Part shown: positions 26,935-41,400 of the stretch, one piece after another
Layout of the letters: each line of letters starts with the position of its first letter
Position numbering within the stretch: position 1 is the first letter of the stretch
Source of the DNA: Gnetum montanum
Taxonomy: Eukaryota; Plantae; Gnetophyta
Length of the DNA stretch: 64,000 bases
NCBI GenBank assembly: GCA_015680685.1
Contig: MNCI01001817.1
Span: 295,798 to 359,797, forward strand
Direction: 5' to 3'
Notes under the pieces: model-generated
The model's input: only the letters and a program-made list of their open reading frames with translations
Databases searched by the model: none
Told to the model about the DNA's origin: nothing
Made by a program: the position numbers and the translations under genes

Positions 26935-29852
26935 CAAAGGGTATAAGATAAAGTGGAATTCTTGGGAAATGGGAAAGCATTGTTCAATGGATATAATTCA
27001 TTGTCTACATTAAAGTGATTTAGCTTTATTTTGTATTATTCTTATCTTTTGTATTTTTTTGTGTGAATTGAGAGCTTTATAGTAAGGAATTTGTAAATGA
27101 AGTTACTTTCTCTCCTTGATTTTTTTCTTTCTTTATTACCTTGTGGGGTTGATGTGCTTCTTGTGAGAAGACATCTTATGAGCTTGTTAGGATTTTACAG
27201 GATTGAGTGTGTTCATAGTGATGAAACACTCAAGTGTAGAGGTCATGTTTTACAAAGGTTGTGAGATCCTTGAAACTAGATTTTGAGCTTATTGGGGCCT
27301 TGTTTGGTTGAGTGTGTTCACAATGTCAAAATACTCTAGAGTAGAGCTCAAAATTTGTAAAGGTTGTGATGCCATCTAAACCACATTTTTCTAAGGAACA
27401 AAGTCTAGAGCTATGAAAGGATTCTACCCTCCAAGTGTGGAGGTAAGAAAGTTGGGAAACCATGTAAAAATCATGTGTGAATTTTATGGCTTTATTTGTT
27501 TTAATTGGGGAACTTATTCAACTCTCCTTCTAAGTTCTCAATCATCATGTCTAACATGTCTTAAATATGTCATAGCATAAAATACTAAAGCTAAAAAATA
27601 TAAAGTATTCATGAAATCTAATTAGTAACAAACACCCAAGGATCTTCTTATTCCACCTAGTACTATTAGTTTGCAAATAGAAAAGGGGGAAGTAGGGTGG
27701 TGGGGAAGGAGGAAGGGTGGTAGGGAATGGTATTATATAGTAAGTGAGGAACCTTTGCATCTCATCTAGTTATATCAAGAGCAAGTATCATGGCGGTTAG
27801 ATGAAGGTATGCTAACCTATAAAGTATTTTAGTATGCATAACCAACTAAACATCCAAGAGCACACATCAAGCATCAATCAAAACATCATATAATTTAACA
27901 AAATTGAACTACCTACTTCATTTACCAATCTATAAACAAGGAGAGCATGCACCATCCTTAATTTTGATATGTGTGAATTTGTTGTCATGTATACTTGTCC
28001 AAGTTTTTAAATTCCAAATGACAAACCAAATGCCAAACTATCATGTACATGGATTTAGTTATTAGTCTTAAAGTAAACTACTATTTCTAGAGGCACCACC
28101 TAGGAATAATATCTAATGTTTTGGAGACATCTAATAAAAAGGGCTAATGATCTATGGATCATCCTCTCCTATAAGATGGATTCTATAATGAAATTCATAC
28201 TAATACATCATAGTGAGAGTTAACTATCAAATAGCTTTAAGGGGTCCATCTCAAATCGACCACATAAATTGGTGCTAGCTCATGAGAATTAACATCCATA
28301 CAAGTATTCAAATATGAAAAATCAACCATTGATGATGGAGGGACTCAAGTAACATCCAATATGTACAAATGATTTGCAAGGTCCAACACTTAACTCTAAT
28401 TGAAATTGACATGTTAATCAAGCCCAAGTTTAACAAACTAAGTCAAATGAAGTTTGAAGATATCAAATTAAGCTCTAACAACAAAGAAGGACCAAGAAAA
28501 ATAAAATTGAAATATCTTAACCTAAACATCACTTTACCATGACTAGTGGTGAATGATCACAACTTAACCATGACTTGATCACTACTTGTGCTATTCATAG
28601 AATAATAATTAATAGAAATTATGATGAAAATCCTTGAGCATGGATAGACCACAACCTATCCATGACTTATGGTGGATGGACCATAACTTCATCACAACCT
28701 ATGGTTAAGAAGAATGAGTAAAAAGAACACAAGATGGAAAAAATGGTAAAGGTGAAGTATATCATGATCTTACCATGACTTTTGGTTGATATAAAAACTT
28801 GCATAATAATGATGATTGGCAAAAAATACAAGAAATACTTCACAAATTGTGGTGACTAAGTACAAATAGACAACAACTCATTATACTATAGGTTTTGTAA
28901 TATAAAAATAGAAAAATGCATAGGATAGCTGAAGATTGATTATGACCTTACCATAACCCATGGTAAATGACCACAACCTAATCATGACTTGTGATCAATG
29001 AAAATAGTCATACCATGATGGATTCTAGAAGAAGAATTGAAAAAAAAAAAAAAAGAGACAAGTAAACACTAAATAATCATCAATGAACAGTAGGGGCATA
29101 AAGGAAAATTCATAGCAATTATAATTGACTTAGAAAATGTGGGAAAAGTAATCAATAAAGTTAACGATACTAGGATGAAATCCAAACCCTTATAAAATTT
29201 TTAAAAACTCATAAAATTTTAAATATTTAGGCTCTTATAAAATTATTAAAACCCAATAGAACTTATGATGAAATGACCATGATGATATTAAAACATTGGA
29301 TAATGAGTATTACTTATGTCCTAGTTAGTTGGTGATTAATTCTCACAAAATGCTTAGAACCTAAAATTGATGAATTACATAAAATTATAGTTGAAAGGAA
29401 CAACAAAATAGAATATAAAAAATCTCACAATACTACACAAGTAAAGAAAAACTAAATTCTTGATCAAAATTTACATAAATCTGGATAAAATTCAACAAAA
29501 CCCAACCCATGCTAAATATGCATGAAATCCTATGAGTTGAAATGAATAAAAAAATGCCAAGATTATTCACCTAGAAAATCAAAGTACAACTCCACAACAA
29601 CACATAAAACCTAGCCACAAATTCTCATGGTGCCATGCTCATGAATCTTCAAAGCTCCACATACCTACATAAGTCTTCAATCTTGCAACAGCTCCAAATG
29701 CAAGAAATTGGATGCCAAAGTATCTAATTAAATGAAGTATGGAGTTTTCTGGAAAACATCCATAAAATCCATCATAAGATAACTAGATAGTTTCTTAAAA
29801 CTAAAACATAATTAAAGAAATATATCAAGAAATATCATGTAACATATGTTAC

Positions 29853-32800
29853 TGTTGGCGACCATTTGGGACGCTACCGCCAACGAGTGTCCTCGAATAG
29901 GATTTAGGTGCTTGCTGGTCTTTTGGAAACACCAAGGCCCAGATACCTCCAAATAGACTCAGTAGTTAATGTGAGTATTGTGTGTGTTGTTGCAGTGTGC
30001 TGTTGTGAAAAATGAAATGATTGGGTTGTGTGTAAACTATAAATGACTTATCTTAAAGAGATTTAGCCAACTTTGCCAAGTACTGTGAGTTGTTGAGAGT
30101 TTCTATTTTGTTCAATTGCCTAGTCTATGCAGTCCTTATAATACCTACTTGTAACAAATAAAGTTTTGCAAAAGCATTTGAGCACAACTCTATGAATCTA
30201 CTTCTAATTTTCCCTAGAGAAAGAGATAGTTCCACAAGAAAACTAGAAATAGAGTGAGATTCAATGGAAATAGAAAGAAGAGAAAAAGAAAGAAGATTTG
30301 TGTAAAGATCTCAAATGTTTAAACAAGATAAAATGATACGAGTAAACACTTCACAATAAAGCTATCCCAAATTCAATAACTACGAATTGTTCAAACTTCC
30401 AAGGCTCAAATAAGCAATTTCTTCAAGACAATCCTACTATGCTACCCAAAAAAATTGCTGCGTAAACTATCACGTACAAGACTCCATTTTGGCTAGATAA
30501 TGGATGTCAACAATTGCATTTAATAGAACCATCAAAATACTTGACAATTTCTAATTGAAATACCAAGGAGATTCACTTTAAAGATAAAAGAAGCTATTCT
30601 GGTCCTATCAAAATACCAAATATTTTCTGAACTCTCTTGACTATTGAATTGTTGAACGGCTTGACTACATGCAGAGGTTCTCTTACAACAATCTTAATAG
30701 CAGTTCTTATACATTGCACAATAATAAAATTCACTACTAAAACGCTCTTAAGGCTTTCAAACACAAGCTCTTCTATGGAAAAATTTTAATAGAAATTTTC
30801 TATCATGCAACAAGAACAATAAGAGCAATCTAAAAATCCCAAAATTATTTTCCAAGCATGATACTATCTAAACTACTAGCTAAACAATTTAAAAAAAATA
30901 AAAAATAAACATAACTCACAAGACTATAACAAAGAGGCTGAAATATTGTCTTTAGCAAGTCATCTTACAAGCAATCTATCACAATGTCTTCTTTTCAATC
31001 TTCCTCCAAGATCCCAAGTGAGTGATCCAAAGTGAGACCCCAAGTGTGTGACCCCCCTTCCTTCCTACCCTTGAAGCCCTTTTATAGGGTCTCATAGGTA
31101 GTTAGGTAAGTTACAAAATATCTTGGCTAACTTCTCTCCCAAGTAAGGAAGTTATAACTTGCCCAACAAGTTAGGAGATATTACTTGCCCAACAAGTTAG
31201 GAAGTTGTAACTTATACATAAAGTTAGGAGAAAATCATGCTAACATTGGCATGTGTAAATATTACAAATATTTCTTTTATAAGCAATAACCTATATAAAA
31301 AATAAATCCAAGATCTCCTAAGAGCTTCATACAATTATCATATTTTATCTAGGATTTTAATTACAAACTGTGTATAAAGCCTTAGTAATTCATTTGAGAT
31401 GATTAAATTAATACAATTGTTGCATGTAAGAAAAATTTGCTGGAATTATTTTTAGCCATCGGACCATATGAAATTGTAATTTTATTTTGTGACTTTAATT
31501 CCGTGCATTTGGGTTTTGTATTTGTCTTCAGCGATGACAGTTTCTTCTGAATAAACTGTAACTCTAATTTATTGGCATCGGCTAAAACATCTCCTGGTTC
31601 TACTGATTCAGTTGTGCACCCGTCTTGCTGTGTCTTCATGTCTCTATGACCACACTTGATGGATTGGTAATGGCGAAGACGAATGAGTTGGCGTAGGGCA
31701 CTGCAACTAATTTTGGTAATTTCTGATTGCAGGTTCGAGGAGCAAATGATAATTGTGGTTTACATTTCTAATCGCCTGAAATCTTTGAAATGAGTTCCTA
31801 GCAGCGATGCCATTTCTATTTTCGTCATTATTGCGGCAATGAACTTCGTCCGTTTCTACCTGTATTGCTCAAGGCACTCCTGGCCGTGGTGAAGCCCCGG
31901 GCATGCAACCACGAAATTCGCTAAGTTATGTGATACAGTGTAGAGGTTGGTAGGGTTTGGTAGCGCAATGATGTGATCACGCCTCAGCCGTATGGTGTGG
32001 ACCTCCATGTAGAACAAGAGCTCACTGATGCAGCGGCAGTGGTGGTCGTCGCTGCTCATGACCTGCTGCCGGGGATACTACAGATTCAAACCTCCACTGA
32101 CGAGCGCCAGGATGTTGTACTAGGAAAGAATTTCTAGACGCTGATGCCTCCACTGCCTCCATTGCTAGGATTTCTAAAGGTGCGACAGAACGTTTCAGTG
32201 AGCGGAATTTTTCTATCACTACCATTGCCGCTGCCACCATGGTTGCCGAAGAAGCTTCTTGTGCTTCAAAATTTTTCTACAATTTCGTTTCAGCTTTTCA
32301 CCTCTACGTGCTTGTATCTCTTACATTAATTTCCTATTTGATTAGTTCAGATATAAACTTGATGGCTATGTGAGCATGGAATTCTATTACAGACAAAAAT
32401 TTCATGCTTAGCCACAAAATTTTAGATGATATATTCCTGAATTTCATAGGAGAAATAACTTCAACCTGCACCGGACTGCTGGATTTGCATTGCTGCAGAG
32501 ATATGCTTTCCCAAAATGAAATTGATACAAAACCAATTTGACTTGAGATGCTCTTTGATTTGGTATAGATTCATATCATATAAATGATGCATATAGAAAT
32601 TGAACTTCCTTCATGATCCCACTAGACTTTGATTAGTTGTGATAGAGATGAAAAGCAGGTATTGAGATTATCAGGATATTCATCAATAAAGCCTAGTGGA
32701 TCATAATATATATATATATATATCCATATTTTTGCCCTGTGAAATGCAATGCTGATAATTATAGAGGGAGAACAACACGTTAGTCATCATGTACTCATCA

Positions 32801-33006
32801 ATGGAGACTTGTAAGCTTGATATAGGAACGGTGCTCATATATATATTTTTAAAATAAAGGAATGTTGTGTTAACTGCATTTTAACTCTTATTCTTTTTCT
32901 CTACAAACTGAAATTCTTGCCACTTCTCCAACTATCAAACTGCAAAAACCTTTAACCAATTAAATCATGCCAACCTGTTCCATGAAATGGCCAAAATGTG
33001 CCAACA
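29853..33006 (-). mobile_element. 3154-bp solo LTR (long-LTR Ty3, Tat/Ogre-like)
   Basis: TGTTGGC...GCCAACA inverted ends with perfect TSD GTTAC (29848-52 / 33007-11). Minus-strand CTATAAAAG at 31079-31087 preceded by ACTTGCCCAACAAGTTAGGA repeats (31127-31230). No gag/pol inside. Confidence 0.8.
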
Positions 33007-33499
33007 GTTACATTCCATAGCAAAAAAAGCATGCTAAAACTGTAACATAAAAAAATCATATACCATAAAAATTTAATTAATACAAAATAAAACAGCAAGC
33101 TCATACAAGATCAACCATGCCATCAAATGTTCCTGCCATGTACATACTATAACCTTCATAAGAATATGCCATAATTAATTCATTGAGTTAGTGCACATCA
33201 GCCAATGCTCATAATAATAACTAAAATAATACATAAATTATAATACAAATAAATATAAAATACACATCTATGTAATCAAACTAACAAATAACATAACCAA
33301 AGATATTATAACATTTAAACACCATAAGCACAAGACACAAGGAGAAAGGTACTAACTATAACATCCGAGAACATGGGTTGTTACAAGCATACAAAGCAAT
33401 ATTATTGATGCAATTACCAAATGAATATACATTATACTCAAAATTGGGATGTCATTATTTCATCAATTATATTAATGTGAGATGAAATATAACAATTAT

Positions 33500-33860
33500 T
33501 CTAATTTGCAATGGAAATTAAATAACATAGAAAACTAAAATTAATATAAAATTAGAGTGTTGTAATGGAAGGAAATTAATCTTGATCTTTATTGTTAATT
33601 ATGTAACATGCCTAAGTACATTTCCCTCAAATGAAGAGAACATACAATTAACTTGAAACCATGCTTTAAGCACTTGCTGATTGTTAAAGGAATTGAAAAA
33701 TAAAACTGTAAGAATGTAGCTATCTATTGACCAAATTTTGTCATAAATTTAATGGATGAACCATATTTATAAACATTTATTATTATTTCTACATTACATC
33801 TATGATATAACATCATAGCATTTGTGATATCACAACTGGTTGAAGTTGTTTTATTCATGA
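33500..33860 (-). mobile_element. Decayed Athila-type LTR fragment
   Basis: 33555-33670 (aatcttgatctttattgttaattatgtaacatgcctaagtaca...) aligns with 95-200. Ends uncertain. Confidence 0.55.
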
Positions 33861-34297
33861 GTGATGAGCATCGTAAAAAAATTTCCTACCTAATTGATAG
33901 CATTATTAATAGAAATCCTTGCATGGTTAAGATCTCCTAAACAAGGTCTAAATCCTAAGGGGATATAAAGATCAATGATAAAATCTAAACTAGATCTATA
34001 AAGGAAAGCACTTATGCTTATTTGGAAATCTTATGTAGCTTTTTACTATAACTTCACTCATGTTTAAAATGATATCCCTCTTTGATTCTCTCTTTCAAAT
34101 GTCAATGAAACAAATAGATAAATTCTAATAAAAAGGATAAATTCAAAAAGCATGCTAGGAAAAATAATTAGTTAAACTGTAATAATCCTAATTAGTTAAT
34201 CGGGAGAAACTAAAATAAAAAGGAGATATAGTTAATCCTAAATTTCTAAAATTAAAACTACATAGCACCTCTAAAAAGGGTTTGTACTCAATGTTGG

Positions 34298-35661
34298 TGT
34301 AGCATCCTCTTTCCTAGCCTTAGGTTAGAAAGAATTATGTTGGGTATAGGACCCCTAAATAAATGATTAGACATGTTAAGGGAAAATTGAAAATTAATAC
34401 AATTTAACATAGTGATAAGGAAGTGAAAGGTAGCATAGTGATACAATGATCAAAAGAAAATGAAAGAAATTAATAGCAGAAGATTATATGATATAACTAG
34501 ATAATATAAAAATAATAAAAAATTGAAAACTATAATTAAACTAAAATTAACAATGTAACATATAAGTCTAAAAATAATACATATTCATAAATATCCAGTA
34601 TCATCAACTATGTTTAATGGTACATAAAATATCCATGATTTAAATACATAATGCATGATAACAATGTAAACTATTATATATCTAGAAATATCATCATATG
34701 TAAAAGAAATAGTAGTCTAAATGAAAAAAAGTAAACATGCATAATATTCAAAAATAAAAAGAAAATATGAAGAGATATCCTTACTCTACCTAGCCTTGGT
34801 AACTTAAAAATAGAAGAAGAGGGTGGTACAAATTGAGTGAAAAACCTTGATACCTTCTCTAGTTGATTTGAGGTTAAGTCTCATGGTGGGTTAGACAAAG
34901 TCATGCTGATCTGCAAACACATGTTTGTGGAGCACAAATATAATGAATATAATGGATCACATAATAAACATAAATCTAGTTACCAAATGAATAAATAACT
35001 AAACCAAATTATTTAATCCAACTTATCAACCTACAAACAAGAAGGTTAGCATGCATTGCACTTAGTTTAAAATGTATGATTTTTTATCATGTGTACTTAG
35101 CCAAATCAAACTGTCAAAACAAACTAAATGTCTAACCATCATGCATATGATTTATTAATTAGTCTTAAACCAAATTATTAGTAGTAGAGAAATTACCTAG
35201 GAATCACCTATAATAATCTAGAGATATTTAAAAAAAGGATGAATGAGTCATGGATCACCCTCTTCTAGAAGATTGCATCTACAACAGAAGCTACACCAAT
35301 GCATCCAAATGTGGCTCAAATATCAATAATCTCTAGATAGCTCATCTTCAACTCCACATAACTCAATGCTAGCTCTTGTTAAAAAATAAACATTCTTGAT
35401 TCTAAACTTGTACAAATGAATATTTATGATTAAAAGATATAAAAAATAGACCAACTAATTCAAGTAACCGAAAACTTCATCATGATCCAACAATCAACTT
35501 CAAGATTAAATTCATCAATCTATAATATTTTAGGCCAACCAAAGAATATCAAACAACATCAAAGATGTCAAAATATGTTAAATTAAGCTTCAATGGCTAG
35601 AAAGATTTAAATTAAAAATACCATAAAACTACAACATTACCATGATCTTACCTTGGCTTGT
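34298..35661 (-). mobile_element. Tekay/Del-like LTR, third partial copy
   Basis: Starts TGTAGCATCC...ggttagaaagaattatgttgggtatag as at 4307. Colinear until cut by the element starting at 35662. Confidence 0.75.
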
Positions 35662-38484
35662 TGATAAGGGTCTGTCTAGTTTTGGACTAATAGAATATAT
35701 CATACAAATCACAATGCAATCTAGCCCTAAGCTTCAAAGACGATGTTAAGTGAATTACCAAGAACACTTTTGTATGCTCTTACATTCAATAAATATAAAA
35801 AATATTATAACACATGATACAAATGAAAACCTAGCTTACCACAATGAGGAAGCTGAGAGAATATTTATAATTTTATATTTTAAAATTTTTTATGGATATT
35901 CTTATCATAAATAACAAAATAAACATAAAATATAAATTCATCACAATCTCTTGTGTGAATAGGTACAATGCTTATGTTGCAATCCCTCTTTGGAATAAGT
36001 GTAATACGACACATGAAATGTAATTAAAATGGTTCTTAGTCATAGCCTTGATGGTCCAACACCATACCATATAGTTCTAAGTTTTTTGGGTAAGGAATGA
36101 ATCATTGAAGCTCAATGAAATAGAAGTTAAATAGATTATTTTATTTTTATGTTTAAATTATTAATGGTGAAACAAAGAAAAAACATGAGCTTTATTCACC
36201 ATGATGGACTTTGCATAAACCAAATGGTTTAAGGATTTATAAGCAAGGTAGCACTTTGACAAAGTCTAGTTATACTTATAAAAGTGATGTCTCAAAACAC
36301 ACATGAGACAAGGAAAGGAATTAACTTACATAAAAAAGAAAGAGTTCATCACACAAATTAGATGCCAAAAATCCAAATAAAATCCAAATTAAGACGAATA
36401 TATGACTAAGTTATGTATGAGAGCTCATTATAATTATTTATAATTTTTACAATGTAATTGTAAAAGTTCACTAATGCCTAAGTATTAAGAAAGATCCATT
36501 ATCCCAACCTTGACCAGTTAAAATACACCTTTTAGCACTTTGGCCTGAAATTAGGCAAGTAGAGGGTGTGCTGATGGGGATGCATTCATACCCCTTCATT
36601 CATGTTCCTACACTAACACAATGTAGTTAATGCACCTCCCTAAAGTCACACATTATATAAGGGATCCTTCGTCAAAGTTGGAACTTAAGGGAACATGTTG
36701 GGGAAACCATAGGACATTCAAATAAATCTAGAATCATCATAAGGATCTTAGTATCATGCATATAATCTCAAAATATGATAGAGGTACTAGGGTGCATCTT
36801 GGGAGATAAAGAACCTTAATTGAACATGCTATAATACAAATATAGGGCATGTGAAACACTTTCCAAATCCAGGGCTTACAGTCAAAATACAAATTGCCAC
36901 TAGATATCTCATCATTTCCCTAGGACTTAGTAAAGGTAGTCCCATAGCTTTAAAACCTAAGAGATAAAAATAAGGACTAGAAACATGACAAGATCAATGT
37001 AGAGGAATTAAAGATATACAATATAGACCATGAATACATTACAATACAAGCCACCTCACTAAGAAGAACTAGGGGATGGTGGTAGAGAAGAAAATTACCC
37101 TAGCAAGCTTGCGTGGAAGATGAAGAAGCTAGAAGGATAGGTCTTTGTAGCACATCATTTTCATCTACATCTTCTTTCATGTCATCCATCTACAAATCAT
37201 CTCTTGCCAGTTCCTCTAACACTCAATTAGAAGATCTTGAAAGGACATGTGCTCAAAATAAAAGATTAGAGCATGCAACTTTACCTCTAGATCTCTCTCT
37301 CAAGGATAATCTCTCATGTAAAAGCATTGGATCAAGTGATTGATGTTGTTCTTTCTATTCTTTTAGGATTGGTGATTCTTTTTCAAGATCATAAATTGAG
37401 TACTGAGATCTCTCAATCTCTTTCCAAGTAGGTCTATAGAATCTTAAGTGTAATTAACTAAATATGATGAGCTATGAAAATGCTAAAAATTAAGGTGAGA
37501 TCCCCAAGTCATTATACTATCATTGCAAAAAATTACCATAGGAACAATGATAAGTATAATTATTGGGGGCATAAGAGAAACATAATCATAACTATGAAAT
37601 CAAGGCATGCATGGGTAAGTAAAAATAGTATGAAAATAATTTAAATAACCATCAAAATTATAAATTACATACCTAAATTGATGCCTCTCCTCCATAACTA
37701 AGTTACAAGATACTTTTCTTGAACCACATGAACAATGCAAATGGAAAGAACAAGAAGAAAAAAGGCTTATGAAATTCCAAAGAATCCAACCAAGGATCAA
37801 ATCAAACAAGCTACAAAAGAGAGAAAGGAAACAGAAACATTAAAATATTATCTTGGATGACATTAAAACTTATGAAATTAGAAAAGTTAGAAATAAATAG
37901 AGTACCCCAAGGTCAAAAAAATAGGTACAAGTGAGGTACGGTGGAAAAGGAGTGTCATGATCAAATTGTGAAGCTCATAGAGTCAAAACTTAGAAAAGTG
38001 AGAGAACAATCAAGTGATTTATGCTATGTAAGCACTACCATTACTAGGAGATAAGCTTGAGCTTACTTTCTTACAATGCTAAGCCACCAAAGATTTACAA
38101 GTTGATCCTTCCCATAGTAGGCACCTATCTTTCTTTTCCTTGTAACATTTATGGGACACTCATGGATTCCCAATAGCTAGTGAGACCTTAACATAAAATA
38201 TAATTACATCCCTTTGAATGACCAAATCTCATCCTCTACTTTGCCTGATTGACTTCATGTCATACATAGTGATGCATAGAATGGAAAAAAATGCAGAATG
38301 AATGATGAAAAAGAAAGAAGGTGAAAGTGCAACATCACCAAATCCCTAGCCAACCACTCAATTAGCTCATGGAGGTGAGCACATCCTAAACCCTTTAAAA
38401 GATCCACTTTTTTTCCTTCACTACTACTTATCCATATCATAGGGATAGACCTCAAAGTGCTATTTTTTAAGTGCAAGAACATAT

Positions 38485-41400
38485 TCTTGACCTTTTGGTA
38501 TGCCAAAACCTTAAGAAAAATGGAAAACAAGGATGCTTGTATGGTTGTTGTGTTTGTAGGGTAATAGCTTGGATTTGGACAAAAGGAGAGCTCAAGGACA
38601 TCTACAAGATATCAAGAAAGCTGGCAAAAGTTCAAAGTGGATGGACAAGGAACAATGACCTCAAAGCTCAACTCCATTAATTAAAGGAAATCCTTATTAT
38701 TGAGGAACTCATTGCAAAAAGACATCTCCAAGAAATAGTAGATGTCTTTCATCAAGCAAAGATGTCTCTTTGATGATGAAGATGTCTTGGATAATTTGAA
38801 GGCTACTTAGAAGAAGATGTCTTTCACAAACAGTTGACATCTTCCTTGTGGAGAAGATGTCTCTCCCAAATGGAAGTTTGATATAGAAAGACATCTCTAT
38901 CTCGAAGAAGACATCTCTCCCAAATGGAAGTATGATACAAAAAGATGTCTTTATCTCTAAGAAGACATCTCTAGTAACCATTAAATAGTCATTTCATAGA
39001 TTCCAAGGTGATTTTTGAGACATTTCGGCTATAAGAAGACTTCATTCTCTTGGGAAATGTGAAAGGATTGGGAACTATCAAGTGTCAACATCAAGAAATC
39101 ATTATATACATCATTCTATTGCTCTTGTACCTCATTGTACTATCTTTTGTACTATTGTAAGTGGTCAAAGTATGTTGTACCTCAAAGTACAAGGATCAAA
39201 AAAATTAGTTGCATCCTTTCCTTGTAATTTTTGTTTCTCTCTTGTTTACTTACAAGGTTGATGTGCTTCTCTAGGAAAGGCATCATCTTTGAGCTTGTTG
39301 GGATCCTACAGGATTGAGTGTTGGTGTAGCACCACAACATTCCAAAGTAGAGCTCAAGTTGTAAAGGTTGTGGGATCTTGGAAACCATATTTTAATCTTG
39401 TTGAGACTTTGTGAGTTTGAGTGGATTTGTGGTGTCAAATCACTCCTGAGTGAAGCTTAGAGCTTGTATAGGGTGTGGTACCCTTCAAATCGCATTTTGA
39501 GATAACAAAGTCTAGAGGTATGCTAGAGAACTATCCTTTGAGTGTGGACTACCCAAGTTGGGGAACCACAGTAAATTTGATGTGTGCTTTTACTGATTAA
39601 TTTTTAATTAGGGGACCTATTCATTCTTGCCCACCCCCCTCCCCCCACACGCACCCCTATTTCTAAGTTCAATGATCCTCAAGTGGTATTAGAGCCTAGT
39701 ACTCTTTTTCATCATTAACTTCAAGAGTGAACAATGAAGGGAACATATTATACAAAGGCACCCATCTTCAAAGGATTCGAATTTGTCTATTGGAAAGCTA
39801 GAATGCAACGATTCTTCAAATATATGGAGTTCAAAGTTTGGGAGTCCATCTTGGAAGATTACACAATGCTCACTGATAGGTTCATTAGAATCATAAAGCC
39901 CTGCAAAAAATGGAATCAAGAAGAAAAAGATAAGTTTATGTTTGAATCAAAAGCAAAGAATTGTTTATAGTGTGCTTTAAATAAATTTGAGTTTCATAGG
40001 GTAGTTGGAGGCAAAATGGTCAAATAAATCTGGCAAATACTAGAGGCTACATATGAAGCAACCTCAATAGTTAAACAATATTGTTATTTTTACAAAGTGA
40101 GTATGATAGGGTAAAAATTAGAGAAGGAGGAAAAATAAAGGATTACTTTTCTATAGCCAATGATCTTGTTGTGACCATCAGAGGTACTAGCAAAGATCTA
40201 CTAGAGCGTGAAGTGATTATTAAAATGATTAGAACACTCTAACAAGAGTTTAGGCCAAAGGTCATAGCCATGGAGGATATCAAAGATTTTTCAACTTTGA
40301 AATTTGAAGAACTTCAAAGGCCTCTCATTGCATATGAAATCAACCTCAGAAGTGAAGGAGCTATTTAAGAAAAACCCATCACTCTAAAGACTACCTCTAA
40401 GGAGAAGGAGATCAATGAGCATGATGAGGGTAGTGAAGATGAGATAACTTTCCTTTCTAGAAAGCTATGACTATTGATAGAAAGAAGAAGCAAGGGCTCA
40501 AATAAAAAAAGATAAAATCCCTTCAAAGGTAAAGAGAAAGGAAAATTTTTTTCAAATTTTGATTCTTTTTCTATAGAATGTTGGGTTTGTTGTGAAAGAG
40601 GTCATATGGCCTTTGAATGTCATAGAAATAGAAGGTTGTATCAAAAGAACAAATCAAATGAAGAGATGCATAAGACCAACTTTTACACTTGTTGGGAAGA
40701 TGGGGAGTAGAGTGAAGAGGAGGTGGAGGATGATATGAAAAATTCTCATCTCATTTGCATGGCCCTTATTTTTGATGACACTGAATCATTAGATAATGAT
40801 CTTAATGAGAAAGAAAGGTTTGATCTATTATGTAATGAGCTTTTTTCTTTTCAAAATCTTTGCAATAAGTTAAATAAAAAAGTCAAAAATAAGGATTAGG
40901 AAATCTTCTTGTTGAATCTAACTATTTGTGATCTTACTAAGAAAATATCAGACCTAAGGGTTGAGAATGAAAAGATAAACTTGTCTTATGAACAGGCCAA
41001 AAAATAGAAATTGTAGATGTTAAATCAATGAATCAAATGCTAGTAAAGGGAAAGGAATCCCTTTAGATAGTACTAGGAAAAGGAATAAGTCCACATGATA
41101 AGAGTGGACTGGGATGTTGTACATAAGAGAAACCACCTTCAAAAAACCCATCATAATCATATGATCCTCCATAGGATAATGCTACCACATCAAAATTAGT
41201 ATGGAAAATTGATTATGTATAGATTGATGGTGTTTCTTTAGTTATCTCTATGCTCCTTGTTTTTTTTTATTTTTACATTGTCTCCCACATACCAAATTTC
41301 CTTGAATCTTAGTGCTTTTATCCTAGTCCTTGGATGCCATAGGAATTTATATTTCTTAATATTTTTCTTTATTATTTTAAGTCATCCATTTTCTTAAGTT

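Larger units (their letters stand above)
16221..27547 (+). mobile_element. SIRE-like copia solo LTR (about 1.07 kb net), split by a chromovirus insertion
   Basis: TGTTGACC...AATCATCA with perfect TSD TGTCT (16216-20 / 27548-52). The two halves align to the LTRs of 38485-42559. Confidence 0.85.
15860..33385 (-). mobile_element. Tekay/Del-like 5' LTR (about 3.0 kb net) carrying nested insertions
   Basis: TGTAATACCC at 15860 and GGGTTGTTACA ending at 33385 (inverted termini). The sequence resumes seamlessly across the TSD-flanked inserts 16221-27547 and 29853-33006. Confidence 0.7.

Noticed and set aside
29853-33006. TIR DNA transposon (MULE/hAT/CACTA)
   Set aside because: The inverted match is short, ends are TG..CA with a 5-bp TSD, and there is an LTR-like TATA/U3 layout. 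This fits a solo LTR better.
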